The notes: generated by a model not told the origin, from the sequence alone. A stretch of 64,000 nucleotides of DNA from Magallana gigas (GCF_963853765.1 NC_088860.1:26660001-26724000), one strand, 5' to 3'; numbered from the stretch's first letter, positions 25,264-37,695 are shown. Made by a program: numbers and translations.

Positions 25264-26255
25264 AACAACTAGACAACATTGAGATGGTCACCATCTCAAA
25301 GGGCCCCGCTTAACTAATGGACAATATAGGATAATAAGAATTTCATTTTGACCTATAACTTAGAAATTTTCCAGCTGGCATAGAACTTCTAATTCACTCC
25401 CATAACCCTTTACGTATTGGCATTTTTGTTCAATCTGAGCAAGATTTATAAATGGGAAATAATATACAGTACGTCTGATTAGAAAGAAATCTGCTATGAC
25501 CTTCACATTGATGGTTGTAGGTCACTGCATGCCATTAACCAAAAGGTTATGTTTGAGTAAATTATTAGCCAAATAGGGCATAGTGGAGAGTATATATATA
25601 TATTCTCTTAAAAAATGGATTTTGTGTTGTTCAATACGACCTTGACAGTTGACCTACAATCATTATTCAAGGTCACTGCATTTCCTTAGATCAAAGGTAC
25701 CATGTGGGTGAAGTATGAGCCAGATGAGAGCAAAGGGAGAGAAGATATGCTCCGGGAAAGGATTTTTCATATAATTCTGCTATGACCTTAACATTTGACC
25801 TTGAAAAATTATTCAAGGTTACTACACACCCTTTACCCAAAAGCTCTGTTTATGTGAAGTATGAGCCAAATAGGGCTAAGTGGAAAGTACCGGTATATAT
25901 GCTCTGAAAAAAAATTCATATGTTGTCTGATATGACCTTGACCAACATTCCTTATTCAAGGTCACTGCACACCCTTTGACCCTAGTCACTCTGTGAGTGA
26001 AGTATGAGCCATATTGAATCAAGGGGAGAGAAGATATGCCCCAAGATAAGGATTTTATAGAAAATTTTGCTTTGATCTTGTCCATAGACCTAAAGATATG
26101 GTTCAAAGTCACTGCAACCCTTTACCCGAAGGCACTCTGTGGGTGAAGTATGAGCCAGATTTGGCCATGGGGAGAGAAGATATGCTCCAGACAAGCGATC
26201 CTGGACGGACAGACAAACTGATCAATATAGGATGTCCGCAGAGCGGGACCCTAAT
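25264..26255 (+). mobile_element. HINE (non-autonomous Helentron-type; Cg170/CvA-like) with an internal satellite array
   Basis: 5' box aacaactag; 5-6 degenerate ~146-bp units (marker gtgaagtatgagcc at 25708, 25854, 25997, 26143; tgaccttgac and caaggtcactgcac cores); GACG/GACA microsatellite remnant ggacggacagaca; terminal hairpin ggatgtccgcagagcgggaccctaat. This layout matches described oyster HINEs. Confidence 0.85.
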
Positions 26256-27194
26256 AAAATGCTTTCTTTGATGATTCATGTACCGTAGGTAATGAAGGTA
26301 GCGATCATTGCAGAAAAAATTTACAAACCCCACTAATGCGGGTTATGTAATGTCGCCACCTTCATATCCTGCATGAATCACCAAAGAAGGCATTTTATTG
26401 TCTAAATACATGTACTAGTATGTGATAAAATAAATGTACTTGTACAGCTGTATATATTTGAAAAGAGATAAGGTTCAGATTTTGTTAAATATATTTATTG
26501 AAAGACTTTTTTGACATGTATTTTTAAAAAATCACATTAAATAAATACAGCAAAACTCAATACCTTTACAAATGTATATTAAATATTAAACTTCTTGGTC
26601 TGATATTTTGCAAATAACATGTAACCATCCAAATCTCTAAGGAAATTACATACATTTACCATGGTATAACACCATTAACAAAATTAATTTAGTACATAAT
26701 TGTAGGGAAATACCTGGACAGTTATGAGGCAAAACCACCTATTATCCTTTAAAATATATATACATCATTTTTTCTTTTATTTTTTTATTCTTTGTTTCTT
26801 TTTTACCACATCGGTTACAAATGTACTAATACTGTACTAAACCTAATTTAACCATATTGTTTTACAGAGTCAGTTAAGTATGATATGCAAAAGAACCAAG
26901 CAGCTCGAAGCTAAATTGTAGAGCAGTTTTAGTCTGTATTCACAGACACAAAGTACACAGTTTTACCCTGAGACAGTTAAATCAAAGGCGTAGAATCTCA
27001 CTTACAATATCATTTAATGGACATATACTGCAAACTACAAGTTTCAAAAGTCCATTTCACTTTGTAGCTGCTGAAGGGACCTTGTCGCTTGTCAGAACTT
27101 GTTTTTAATTCTTCAGTATTCTTGAATACAATAAAATGTTCAAATCACTTGTAGCAGCTTTCTCATTTTTTTGTATTCTTGGATCCATGTTCAA

Positions 27195-30100
27195 TCACTT
27201 GTAACAGCTGAAGTTAAGGGTCTTGACTTGGACGTCCAATGCGACAAATAGACTGGTGCTGTTGAAGGCCAAGGAATACACAGGACTGTTCCGGTGACCT
27301 GCATAAAAAGTCTGACCAAAAAAAAAAACCAAATAAACAATCAATAAAATGGTGTGACAGACTTTATATGCAAAAAGAAACAAACATGTCATTACTTTAA
27401 AATGATCATCATAATAAATGTTCAGTATTATACATTCTAATCAAAAATGTGCCGAAATAGTTCTACTTATAAATTTTTATGAGCAATGAAAAGAAACTAC
27501 AAAATGAATATAACTTTAATTTGCAACAACTTAAATTTGCAACTTTCAAGATTTCATCTGTTAACAACTTGTTCCCTGCGATTACATTTCACAATTAGGC
27601 CAATAAAAGTAATTATCAACATTTCACAACACAATGAAAGACTGGTTCACAGTAAAAAAAAAAAAAAAATGTATTCAGATGATGCTTTTGTGACTCTCTT
27701 GATATTTTTTTGCATATATCAATTGTGAATGAATATTTTAAAAAAATTTGTTAATGGTACATTACGTGCTTTAAAAATTCCAATATCTTTACTAAAATTT
27801 TTCAATAAAAGCTTACCCTTACAGATGATTGAAGCTAACAACTACAAGTGATTGAAGCTTTGCTTTACAGATGCTAGAAACTTACATGTACCTTAACACC
27901 TTTACATGTGATGGAAGCTAAGGTGATGGATGCTTACTCTTACAGGTGTTGAAAACTTACCTTTACAGATGACGGCAGCTTAACTAGACAGGTGATAGAA
28001 GGTTTACAAATTACTTTTATAGAACCTACCTTTACAGGTGACTTTGTCTGTCGTTTGTCCCACAAATCCATAGAACCGTGTCGAGACGTCCCCGCAAATA
28101 TGTTTCTGTGTCCGTCTGACTGCAGACAGTAGTATGCGGAGTCAAACTGCTGCTCCCAGGAACCAACACTGTCATAAAGAAGTGGCTAATTCATTGATGC
28201 AGTCAAACTACAGCTGGCAAAACTTATCTAATTATAATACGTGTACACATGTACTAATCTTCTTGCAATGATCAAACTAGAAGCTGTAATGAAAAGCCAC
28301 AGTTCTCCATGTAATAAAGAAATAATGACAACCAAAGGGGATATATATATGTGTATTGTAAACAAAATCGCCTTGACCATTGACCAGGTTACATTAAAAG
28401 GTAAACTGCTTATTGTGTTGAATTCATGACACATTACTTGCAAGTATTTGATAAATTAACTGTAGTTTACTTTATCATGTTCACTACAACATATATATAT
28501 AATCCATTCAATTTTGCAAGCTTTTTAACCAGGATATTAATTTGATTTAAATAAAAAGGTCAGAATTATGTAGCATGTTGTTGGGAGTAGGATAAAGGGA
28601 CTGTCATATACCACTGGTTGGTTCGGAGATCCCACATCCGGACGTATGTATCATAGCCACAGGTAAGCAGGGTGTGTTCATCCTCAAACTGCATATCCAG
28701 TACACCAGCACCGATCTTGTGTTCCCGACCCAACTGACTAAGTATGCAAGATCTAAAAGCAACAATAGATGCTGTAACATCTTTTTTCATTGAAGACGTC
28801 TAAAGCATATCTGGTTTCTGATTGTCTGATGTTCCATCATTTCTTTGTTCTAGTTCATCTACATGTACAAGGTATATACAATGTTCCGGGATTGAAAAAG
28901 AAGAGAGATGGAGGGCAATATAGATTTCTTATATTTATCTTTTTCTAGTCACTAATATAAGCAAAACTCAAGTATGATCAAATGCTTTCACTTTTCTTTG
29001 AATCTAAAAGTTGCAAAACTTTGAAAACATAAGGAATAAATCTTGAAGTTCTTACTTATTCAAATCAATTATAGACACAGGTGCATCTCCATCACAGAAA
29101 GCTGTTCCACAAGCACAAAAACTAGAAGAAAAACAACATTGTGGTAATATTAGCCTCTTTTTTAAACTTCATAAAATGTATATCAAGGTGCCAGGAATGA
29201 AGATGTTTTACTAATTTAATGTCAATAAAACTTTGACATTTCCGTTGGATAAATAAAAGAAGCTAACTGAAATGTTTTACCGTTAATAAAACTTTGAAAT
29301 TTCTGTTGTATAATTGAAAGGAACTTACCGACAACACTGGGACAGGGAAACGGACCACACTCGGTCTCCCACTGGAAAACAGCACTTCTCCATGACTCCT
29401 GAGATTCCCCTGTTGTCGTCATACTGTACACTAAAAACCTAAATCATTAAACAGATCTTTTTATTGATGTTTATACAGTATAGAATTTCTTAATCAACAG
29501 ACTAGTTTTCCAACAGCTCATATTAAAGGTACAACAACATCTTTACGTCCAGATCTATAGATGGTTTGAATTGTGAAGTACACAAAGTTATACATGTATT
29601 GAAATTTGAAGATATACTGAATTGTGAAGCACATGATCTATTCATATTGAAATTTAAAGACATCATAACACTCTTTGTGTCAATACTGTTTCAAACTCGA
29701 TAACTTTATAGGTCTATCAAAGACCTTATGCTGAATCAAAAGAGAATTACTGTAGGTATACTCTATAAAATAGACTGACAAAGACTCAGTTTACCTTTAG
29801 AGTTGCGTCCCTTGAGCCTGATACAATGGTACTGCCGTAAGAGTCCACTGCCTGGGTGTCTACACAGTGGGCATTCTTTATCTCAGTGTGTGCTCCACAG
29901 TTGTCCCAGACATGGATGCTTCCATCCCTAACAAATCCCCAAATAATAAATGTTAAGGACTGTGTGTCATTTATATTTCAAATATATGTACTAGAAAATG
30001 TTAATCTGTTTTTAGCTTTCTCTGACTTTTCAAGTTCTTCAAATTTTTAAGTGTCATGGTCACTTTGAAGTTTCTCGGATGTGCACCAGCCAGTTAAAAG

Positions 30101-33100
30101 TTCCCATGATTTTGATATTTAATTTTTCACAGTAGCTCATGTGTGCATGTTTACTTACAAGCACCCACTGACTATTTTTTGGTCTTTGACAACAAACTTG
30201 GTGACATCTGTGTGAAGCTTGCGTCGATTGTTGTCTCGGCTTCGTCTGTTTTTCTTGCCTGCTGAAGGATCAACTGAATGGATCTCATTTTTTGAGGAGA
30301 CCCAAAGCTTTCCATTGTTGTACTGCAGCCATGGCAGTTGTCTGAAAATTAAAATTTATTCAAATCTTATTTCCCAGAAAAATCATTAATAAATAATTAA
30401 TGAAAAACAATAGATAACTCTAAATACATGTAACTTTTAAGTTAAGGTACATACTGGTAAGCATGGGTACTAAAATGTACTTTATCAAACTGAAAATGGA
30501 TTTAATTAAAATTGCTCTTGTATGCTTTTCAGTTTGTTCTAGAACATTTCTCCTAATGCAAAACATTTCAATGAATGATAAAACTGATAAATATCATACT
30601 GTGGTTTCTGGGGAGCAATAAACATACCTTCCAGTGAAATTTATAAAAAGAGATTCTTGATAAACACCCTTTTCTCTGTTACAAGAAATCCGGAACTTCT
30701 CTTTCAATGGAAGTCTGCAAGTAAATGAAATTTGTTTATCATTAATTAAAGTAATAAAAAAAAAAATAATCAACCAATACTGTATAAAACATGATATAAA
30801 AGAAAATTTAAATAATACATAAAAAATATTTTATAACAACTAAAAAAGAATATGTAACTTATTAAATAGATAATACATATATATAGCTTTGGTTCACAAA
30901 CCATAATCTTCCATATTTATAGCTTTTTCAAAACTCCATATATTGTATGTAATCAAATGATGCACACTTATGCCAAAGATTAATCTCAATAACATTTGTT
31001 GAGTCTGAAAAATTTAACTGTCATTTCTTTATACACATTTTGAAATGTGAAATTGGTCTGAGATTCAGAAGAGACATCAGTCAACATTTTTCAGTCTAAA
31101 CTAGTCTCACCGAAATTTACCCAAGTTCAGTTTTTAAGAGTTTTGTGGTGTGAAACAATTTTCCAATCAGTGAGCAATGTTTCAATGCTGTTTATGCTTT
31201 CTAGTTTCTAGTGAAAGTGAACAATGATAGTACGAAGAAAATAGAGACCAGCATGCTTTATATTATTTTTTAAGTATATTATCATAAAAAGAATGGGGCT
31301 CTACACTTGTCCACTGCTATTCTATTGAAAGTGAACATTGATCGTATTTCATCAGTTCATGGAAGGGATATTCCAAACAATTTGGAGTTAGATACCTTGT
31401 GTTATTAATGTTATAAATTTTATCTCAGCAAAATTCGTTGAGACTGTAAAACTTTTTGACTGCATGACTACTTAGATTTGGAAGAAACTTCAATCAAAAT
31501 TTTTCAGCCTCAATGAATCCCGCTGAGATTAGCAGGGTTGTAGATATCCACTTGCCCGCTCACCAATGTGAATAAAATTTTATGTGGGCGATAAGAAATT
31601 TAAAGTCTGGTCGTCCACATGGCGAACGTTTTTTCCAAAATAGGATTTTTTTTATTATTTGTAAGAGTGAGTACCATAGAGTCCTGTGTATAATTCACAT
31701 CTTTATTCAGCCAAAATTTTAATCAAATTTGGGAAATGCGAATTTCATTTTTTCAGAGTGCATTTCTGTTGATATCTCATGTTATGCAAATTGTATGAGT
31801 GTACAATGTACACTATTCATCAAAAATACTTTATTATTAATTTTATTTCCTGTTATGCAGTTTAACATTACTGTGACACAACAGAGATTGGCAACTCCGC
31901 CATTGCCGTGTTTTGTTGTTGAAAAATGGTACGGGACCAACCTAACTTTGAGAATTACATTTTAATGACCAGAGATAATGATCTTAAACCAAAAGTATAT
32001 TGTTTTATTGAAAATTGTGCAAACTTAAGGTTTTAGACATTTTTGAAACAAAAAATTGAAAGATAAGATTAATATATAAAAAATATATTGGCCAGCTATA
32101 AAACATCGGCGAAATCTCGGACGATGGGTAGCTAACTGCCTCCTAAAACTCCTCTTTTAAAATTGTTCATATGACATAAACTCATGAAAATATAATATTT
32201 TGAATGCTTTGGTGATAGGTTATAGCTGTTTATATTTCGATATAATTGTTTATTAGAAAGATATACTGATTTAAACTGGGAAAACTTTACAATAGGGACC
32301 GCGGGATTTCGCAAGATTTCGATCAGCCGCCAATCTCTGTTATTTATGTCGCTGGTCACAAAGATACTGTACATACCTGTTAACCTTTCAAAGCTGCTAT
32401 GTGGGAGAATCTCCCCCTTACCAACTTGGCTAAGGGGGAGATTTTGCGTAAACGACGTTTTTTCAGGTGAAATGCAAATATATATTAAAAATACTGTTAG
32501 ATACCTTAATTTACTATTGTAATTAATGCATTTGCAATCATTTTAAATTTTATTATTTCTATGACTACCAGTGTGCAATTACAACATGTGTTGTGTTCAT
32601 AAAACTATTAATTTGTTTGCATAGTACAATACAAGAAGTCAATAGTGCCACTTTTTATATCAAGTCTTCTTATTGTTCAGTATTGAACAATCACTGCATG
32701 CTGACATCTAGGGTAAACACAGAAAATTTATTTTGCGTATTTTGAACATGCAGTGAGACCCAGTTAAGAAAATACCAGTAAATAATATTCTATAAAATTA
32801 TTTTTTGCCTTATATATAGGAAAGATTTTTAATTCACAAAACAACATGTATTTCTCCAGTATAATTTAAAAATGATCTCTGTTGTAATGTCTATAGCATC
32901 CCTGTAATTCATAGTACCGGTACTATAAACTTTAAAAACTCTTGTGAAATGCTTTTACACTTTTTCCTCGAGCTTCACTTTTATCGGTAGCTTGTATAAA
33001 CACTCTCTGTTCCAAACTCACTTTGATTTTTACCGACCGTGCTGGCCAGACAGAATTAGTCACGACTCACTGCACGTGGCTTGGGTGCTTTACCTGAGCA

Positions 33101-33989
33101 CCTGTAAAGTGACACCACTGGCTGTGTATTGTTTTCTTTGGTGTTACAAAGTAAAATCATGATGTTTTAAGCTTTCACTTACTTTTTTTATAAGGCCTAT
33201 GCATAACTAAATACGTAACTGATTTAAGTCAAAACCGGAAGTAATCGTAAAAAGTAAACTGGACTATAACGGTACTACGGTAGACAGCACTTGGATGGAT
33301 TTTGATATATTCGATCAAGCTACACAGCAGCTTTTTTTTTTTAGCTCAAAATCAGAGAAATTTGCATGTAAAGATTCAGAATTGGGGGGGGGGGGTGTAT
33401 GGGGAAGACAAATACGATTGCGGGAGAAATTTGTCTCCCGCGCGGGAGATAGGTTGGATGCGGGAGATCTTTGATTTTTAGGCCGTTTTGCGGGAGTCTC
33501 CCGCGCAATGCAGGAGGGTTAACAGGTATGACTGTAAAAAAGAAAGATAGTTCATATGTTCGATTTGATATTGACAATAATTTGATAATGATAGTAAAAT
33601 TCATTGATGTAGTATGTATGCCCGTAAGTTTAACTGTGGGCCCATAGACTTTGAAAAGTTAGGAGCCCACATAGCCCCTAAGAATTCAATTGTTAATTAA
33701 ACCCTGATTAGCCCGTTGACAACTGGTGGATATTTATTCTGATTTATTCTGAAACTTACCGGATGCCGTTGTCAGCACGCAGGACATTGAAATTCTTATC
33801 AAAGGGTAGCCAGGCGTGATCACTGCTCAGCAAGTCCTTCAATTTGCGACAAACTCGACATAACACTGATAAGGATGCAATGTCCAGCTGTCTACAAATT
33901 GTAAACAAGACATCGTCAGGAAGTTCTGAAAAACTAACAGGCGGTTGTTGCGATTCCTCATCAACCGAAATTAACGCTGTTCCATTCAT
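27195..33989 (-). CDS. FBXW4: F-box/WD repeat-containing protein 4 (dactylin)-like, 9 exons, 401 aa
   Basis: Minus-strand exons 33989-33760, 30714-30628, 30341-30159, 29927-29795, 29438-29329, 29121-29056, 28752-28612, 28168-28030, 27311-27195 (TGA); 1206 nt, in frame. F-box FSELPDDVLFTICRQLDIASLSVLCRVCRKL. FBXW4-typical motifs: LPLKEKFRISCN, QLPWLQ, IVSGSRDATLK, DRVWSVSL, GAGVLDMQFEDEHTLLTCGYDTYVRMWDLRT, FDSAYYCLQSDG, SPVYSLAF. Confidence 0.9.
27805..28041 (-). repeat. Degenerate short tandem array of the FBXW4 exon-8 end plus donor
   Basis: About 6-7 degenerate copies of tcacctgtaaag|gtaggt, e.g. tcatctgtaaag|gtaagt (27972-27955), acacctgtaaga|gtaagc and tcatctgtaagg|gtaagc. Confidence 0.75.
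32372..33530. mobile_element. ~1.16-kb non-autonomous DNA element with 14-bp TIRs and 6-bp TSD in FBXW4 intron 1
   Basis: catacctgttaacc ... ggttaacaggtatg, with flanking direct repeats actgta (32366-32371, 33531-33536) and multiple subterminal cgggag motifs at 33420-33515. Confidence 0.75.
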
Positions 33990-34808
33990 TATCTGAAATT
34001 TGTTGATCAATCAAGCTACTTTTTATATTATTTTCGATTAATTCGAGCATTTTTAAGATTGTGAAATAAACATTTCTTGTGTAGAAATAATATTCTCAAT
34101 GTTTTATAGAAGCTTGAAATGCTCATGACCCGAACTCATGAAGAAAAGCATATGAAAGACACCAGATCATGAGCATCTAATAGAAAAATTGGATCCGCAA
34201 ACAGTTCCGCGCGGCTCTGCATGTTTGAATGTTTGATTTTTCTCGCATAGTTTAGTCGTCTGTGATATATAAATAAAATTAGATAACATCAGGAAAATAT
34301 TAAAAAAGTAAGCAAACGTTTTCTGTTTGTTTCTAAGACTGAGGACTCTTGCCAGAAATACACAGCCTGGGCGCCCCCCGCCCCCACTTTTTTGTAAAGT
34401 ATGTGTACACATGTATATACATGTATATAGCAACTATTATATGTACATGTAAAGCAATAAGAGCTGCAATTTTCAAATTCTGATTTTTTTTTTACGAAAA
34501 TGTTTATGTTATTTCTACTAAAAAATGACAAAGATATCATGTTTTTTTTCTGTTAGCCTTATTTTTGCGTGAGAAGCCCTAGCTGATTGAAACAAAGTTT
34601 AATTATTGTCGTCCTGTTCAAAAATTGAACTGCTATATATTCATTAGAAGAGAAAGCTTTCTTCTGGCAAAAATTAATTATTTTTTCAAATCTTATTTAT
34701 CATAAAAGTTTTGGTTTTGGGGTTTTTCGGGTTTTTTTTTTTTTTTAAATTATTGTCAAAGACAGTAGAAAAGGATACAAAGGATACAAGTACACATATC
34801 TCACAATG

Positions 34809-34900
34809 CAAACGAAACGAAACGAAATTGAACGAAACGAAACCAATCAAAACGTAACGAAACCAAAAATCGAAACAATACGAAACGGAATTTAAACAAA
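34809..34900 (+). repeat. Degenerate (AAACG)n microsatellite, probably TE-associated
   Basis: gcaaacgaaacgaaacgaaattgaacgaaacgaaacc... Confidence 0.7.
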
Positions 34901-35127
34901 ACTAATATCAATTTTGACTACATAAAAGTGAAAATAAATTCATTAAAATAAATTTTTGAACCATAAAATATAACTACCTGTATGTTTCAGATTGCCGCTG
35001 CAAATTTTTAAGCCGATTATCCGAAATTTGCAAAAATTATATAATTATGTAAATAACTGATGTACATTCCTATACCTTTTAATGTTTCTAATTTGTTTCA
35101 TTAAATGATATTCAGACGTTAACGTTT

Positions 35128-35228
35128 AGAGAGAGAGAGAGAGAGAGAGAGAGAGGCCTTAAAACTTACCAGCGACATCACATAGCAAAATATATACGCA
35201 AGTTTGGGAGAGCGATAGAAAGGAACAA

Positions 35229-35289
<61 letters not shown>

Positions 35290-35317
35290 TGATGATGATG
35301 ATGATGATGATGATGAT
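35128..35317. repeat. Compound microsatellite: (GA)n blocks and (ATG)n
   Basis: GA at 35128-35155 and 35229-35287; ATG at 35289-35317. Confidence 0.95.
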
Positions 35318-35799
35318 ACTGAAGGGGACATTCTAACAACAATTTTGTTTCTATAGATTTGAGATACTGTAAAAATGAATCGATCGAATACAATGTGATT
35401 TATAGCATACTGGTTGGTTACCAGTTTCTAACATATAATAAGAATTGTTTTAATATGTATATCATGAATTTTGACGTCGTAATTTGACAAAATTAACTTG
35501 CAATTATAAAGAGGTTTTTTTTACCTGTGTATTACCTTAAACCAAACATAATCCCCTCTTTCTCTCCCTCTCACACGGACGCACATTTTATTTGATTCAT
35601 TTTTACAATATTTCATATCAATATAAAAAAAAATCGTGTGGTTGGAATGTCTCCGTTAATACTATAAACGTACTATATTTAGGGTGTACACTATTTGGCG
35701 GAATATAATTTTTTAACAAGTAAGCATGGATTTGATTTTAATTAGCGCATTTCTGAATTTACCTTTTTATCTTCTTATATATATATTTAACATTTGGCA

Positions 35800-36101
35800 T
35801 TATCATACTTTCATGTTAAATACTGAAATCTGATTGGTTTAGACGCAGTTGGTAATCCGTTCTATTACCCTCAGCGTTAGCAACACACTTGGCAACGGAT
35901 AACACTATACAATTATTTAATGCTTGAGCAGTCAATAGACCAGAATATTTTTCCCGAGGTGCAGGGAACAGCTCAGTATGATCTTTTGCCCGAGGCCAAC
36001 AGCAGAGAACAGCTCAGTATGATCTATTGCCCTCAGCCAACGGCTACTGAGCTGTTCCCTGCATCAAGGGAAAAATTCTGATCTATTGACTGTTCAAGCA
36101 T
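35800..36101. mobile_element. Hairpin-ended non-autonomous element
   Basis: Arms of ~58 bp (atgcttgagcagtcaatagaccagaat...gaacagctcagta at 35920 and its reverse complement ending at 36101). The loop holds a duplicated gaacagctcagtatgatct. Confidence 0.7.
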
Positions 36102-36725
36102 GGGGATTCTTTAACTTCAATCTTGTGAAGAAAATCATTTGTTGGTATTATTCTATGTAAAATTTGAAATTGTAGCCATATGAGTTTTGACTCTTTAGTA
36201 GTTTTAAATGGAAGTTCAAATATTTTATTCCAGTCATTTATGTACAGATGTACATTTTTTGTAATTGGCTCTCTTTTCTCCTTAATAAGTTCGTCTTTGC
36301 AACCTTTTTCATAGGTGAAGAAGATATTAATGTGACTGGGTATACTTGGTCCAGACTTGTATTTGATATTATTGATATTGTGTTTATTTAATCTTTCAAA
36401 TATTGCTCTTTTTAGGCTTGCATATTCAATAAAATTTGTTTTTATATTTTGATTTTTTATTATTTCTATACTATGAAAAATACCCTCATTATCAAAAAGA
36501 TCTTGTATATGCATAAAACCAGCATTAAAACAGTGTTTTAGAAAAAAAAGAAGTTATCAAATTTAATTTTTGGGTTGATGAGCCAGATGTTTTCAAATGG
36601 AACATTCATAATATCTTGTCTAGTTGCTTTTACAATTAAAATCCAGCTGTTAAAAACTTCTTTCCAAAAAATATTTTTTGTATTTTTACATGAATTAGAT
36701 GTAAAGTCCATACCTTAAACCCATA
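36102..36725 (-). mobile_element. Degenerate L1/Tx1-type LINE ORF2 fragment (region downstream of RT, zf-RVT-like start)
   Basis: The minus-strand translation gives KNIFWKEVFNSW...NIWLINPKIK..(frameshift)..GFMHIQDLFDNEG...IEYASLKRAI...ESKLIWLQFQILHRIIPTNDFLHKIEVKESPC, the zf-RVT-adjacent motif. It is cut off by the hairpin element. Confidence 0.8.
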
Positions 36726-37695
36726 GGTTTTTAATTTTTAAAATTTTATTCTTAAAAGTTTAAGTTAAATGCAGACTAAGCATACTAGCAGGTTTTTGCA
36801 GCAAAATAAAATTCTAAAAAAATACAGCTCATATTGCTTCAAAGCACCACAGGCATTTGACGTTATATATATTCTTTGTAATTAAAATATCCGGTATATC
36901 TTTCAAATACTTTTATAAGGTAGGGGTATATGTATTTTAATGTTTTTCATTGTAATAAAAATATGTGACCCAAGGTGTCTTAGTCCGAAATATCGGACGT
37001 TTTAATGCCTGGCTTTAAAAAAAAATACTACTTTGATATTTTACCTGCCAGGAAAACTGGCAAGTAAAGTAAACTACATGTACATGCTTATAAAATTATG
37101 TTTATAAATGATATTAGATTCTTTTGTTAGATGCATGAGCATGTAATAACAGGTTTAAACCAAGGGGCATTTTTATTGTTCCTCAAATATTTCCAACTGG
37201 CCTGAATTGATTTATCACAGAGTGTGTTGTTTGTTTTCATGAGTCCAACAAAATAATTAGATCACTTGTAGGACATCTGACGACCACTTCTACTGTAACA
37301 CTGTTCTCTACAAACGATAAAATGTCCAATAAGATAGTGGATCAACCGAGTAACAACTCTGAACTTTGAACATATCGATATGTGCTCAACTTTAACAGTT
37401 ACATACATTTATTTTATTTCGTTTTTGACGTCATTTATTTAGATGTCTAAGATGAGGCTAAATATGCCATAACATCGCCAAGAAGATAATTGTTTGAATA
37501 ATTCTTTTAAAAATTTTGATATCGTCGTGACATTTTTGTTGTTCCAAGGCCCTGATGACTGTATGGAGAGAAAAGGGGGAATGGGTCGATTTTATAAAGA
37601 CTTGGTTTCAAATGAATACTGTTGTATTGAAATATATTGTAATTTACTTTATGAATGTATTTGATGTTTGTTTGTAAATTATTAGTTTATCAATA

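Larger units (their letters stand above)
24711..26406 (+). repeat. Interspersed host repeat, copy 1 (interrupted by a MITE and the HINE)
   Basis: Segments 24711-24756, 24953-25263 and 26256-26406 align in order with the uninterrupted copy at 41661-42190. Confidence 0.85.

Noticed and set aside
28753-28860. Coding-looking stretch (DELEQRNDGTSDNQKPDML*) upstream of FBXW4 exon 7
   Set aside because: It contains an in-frame stop, and its acceptor phase is incompatible with exon 6.
30970-32160. Possible additional DNA elements in FBXW4 intron 1 (cagggttg...acttgcccg fragment; end-like gctaactgcctcct)
   Set aside because: I could not pair termini or find TSDs.
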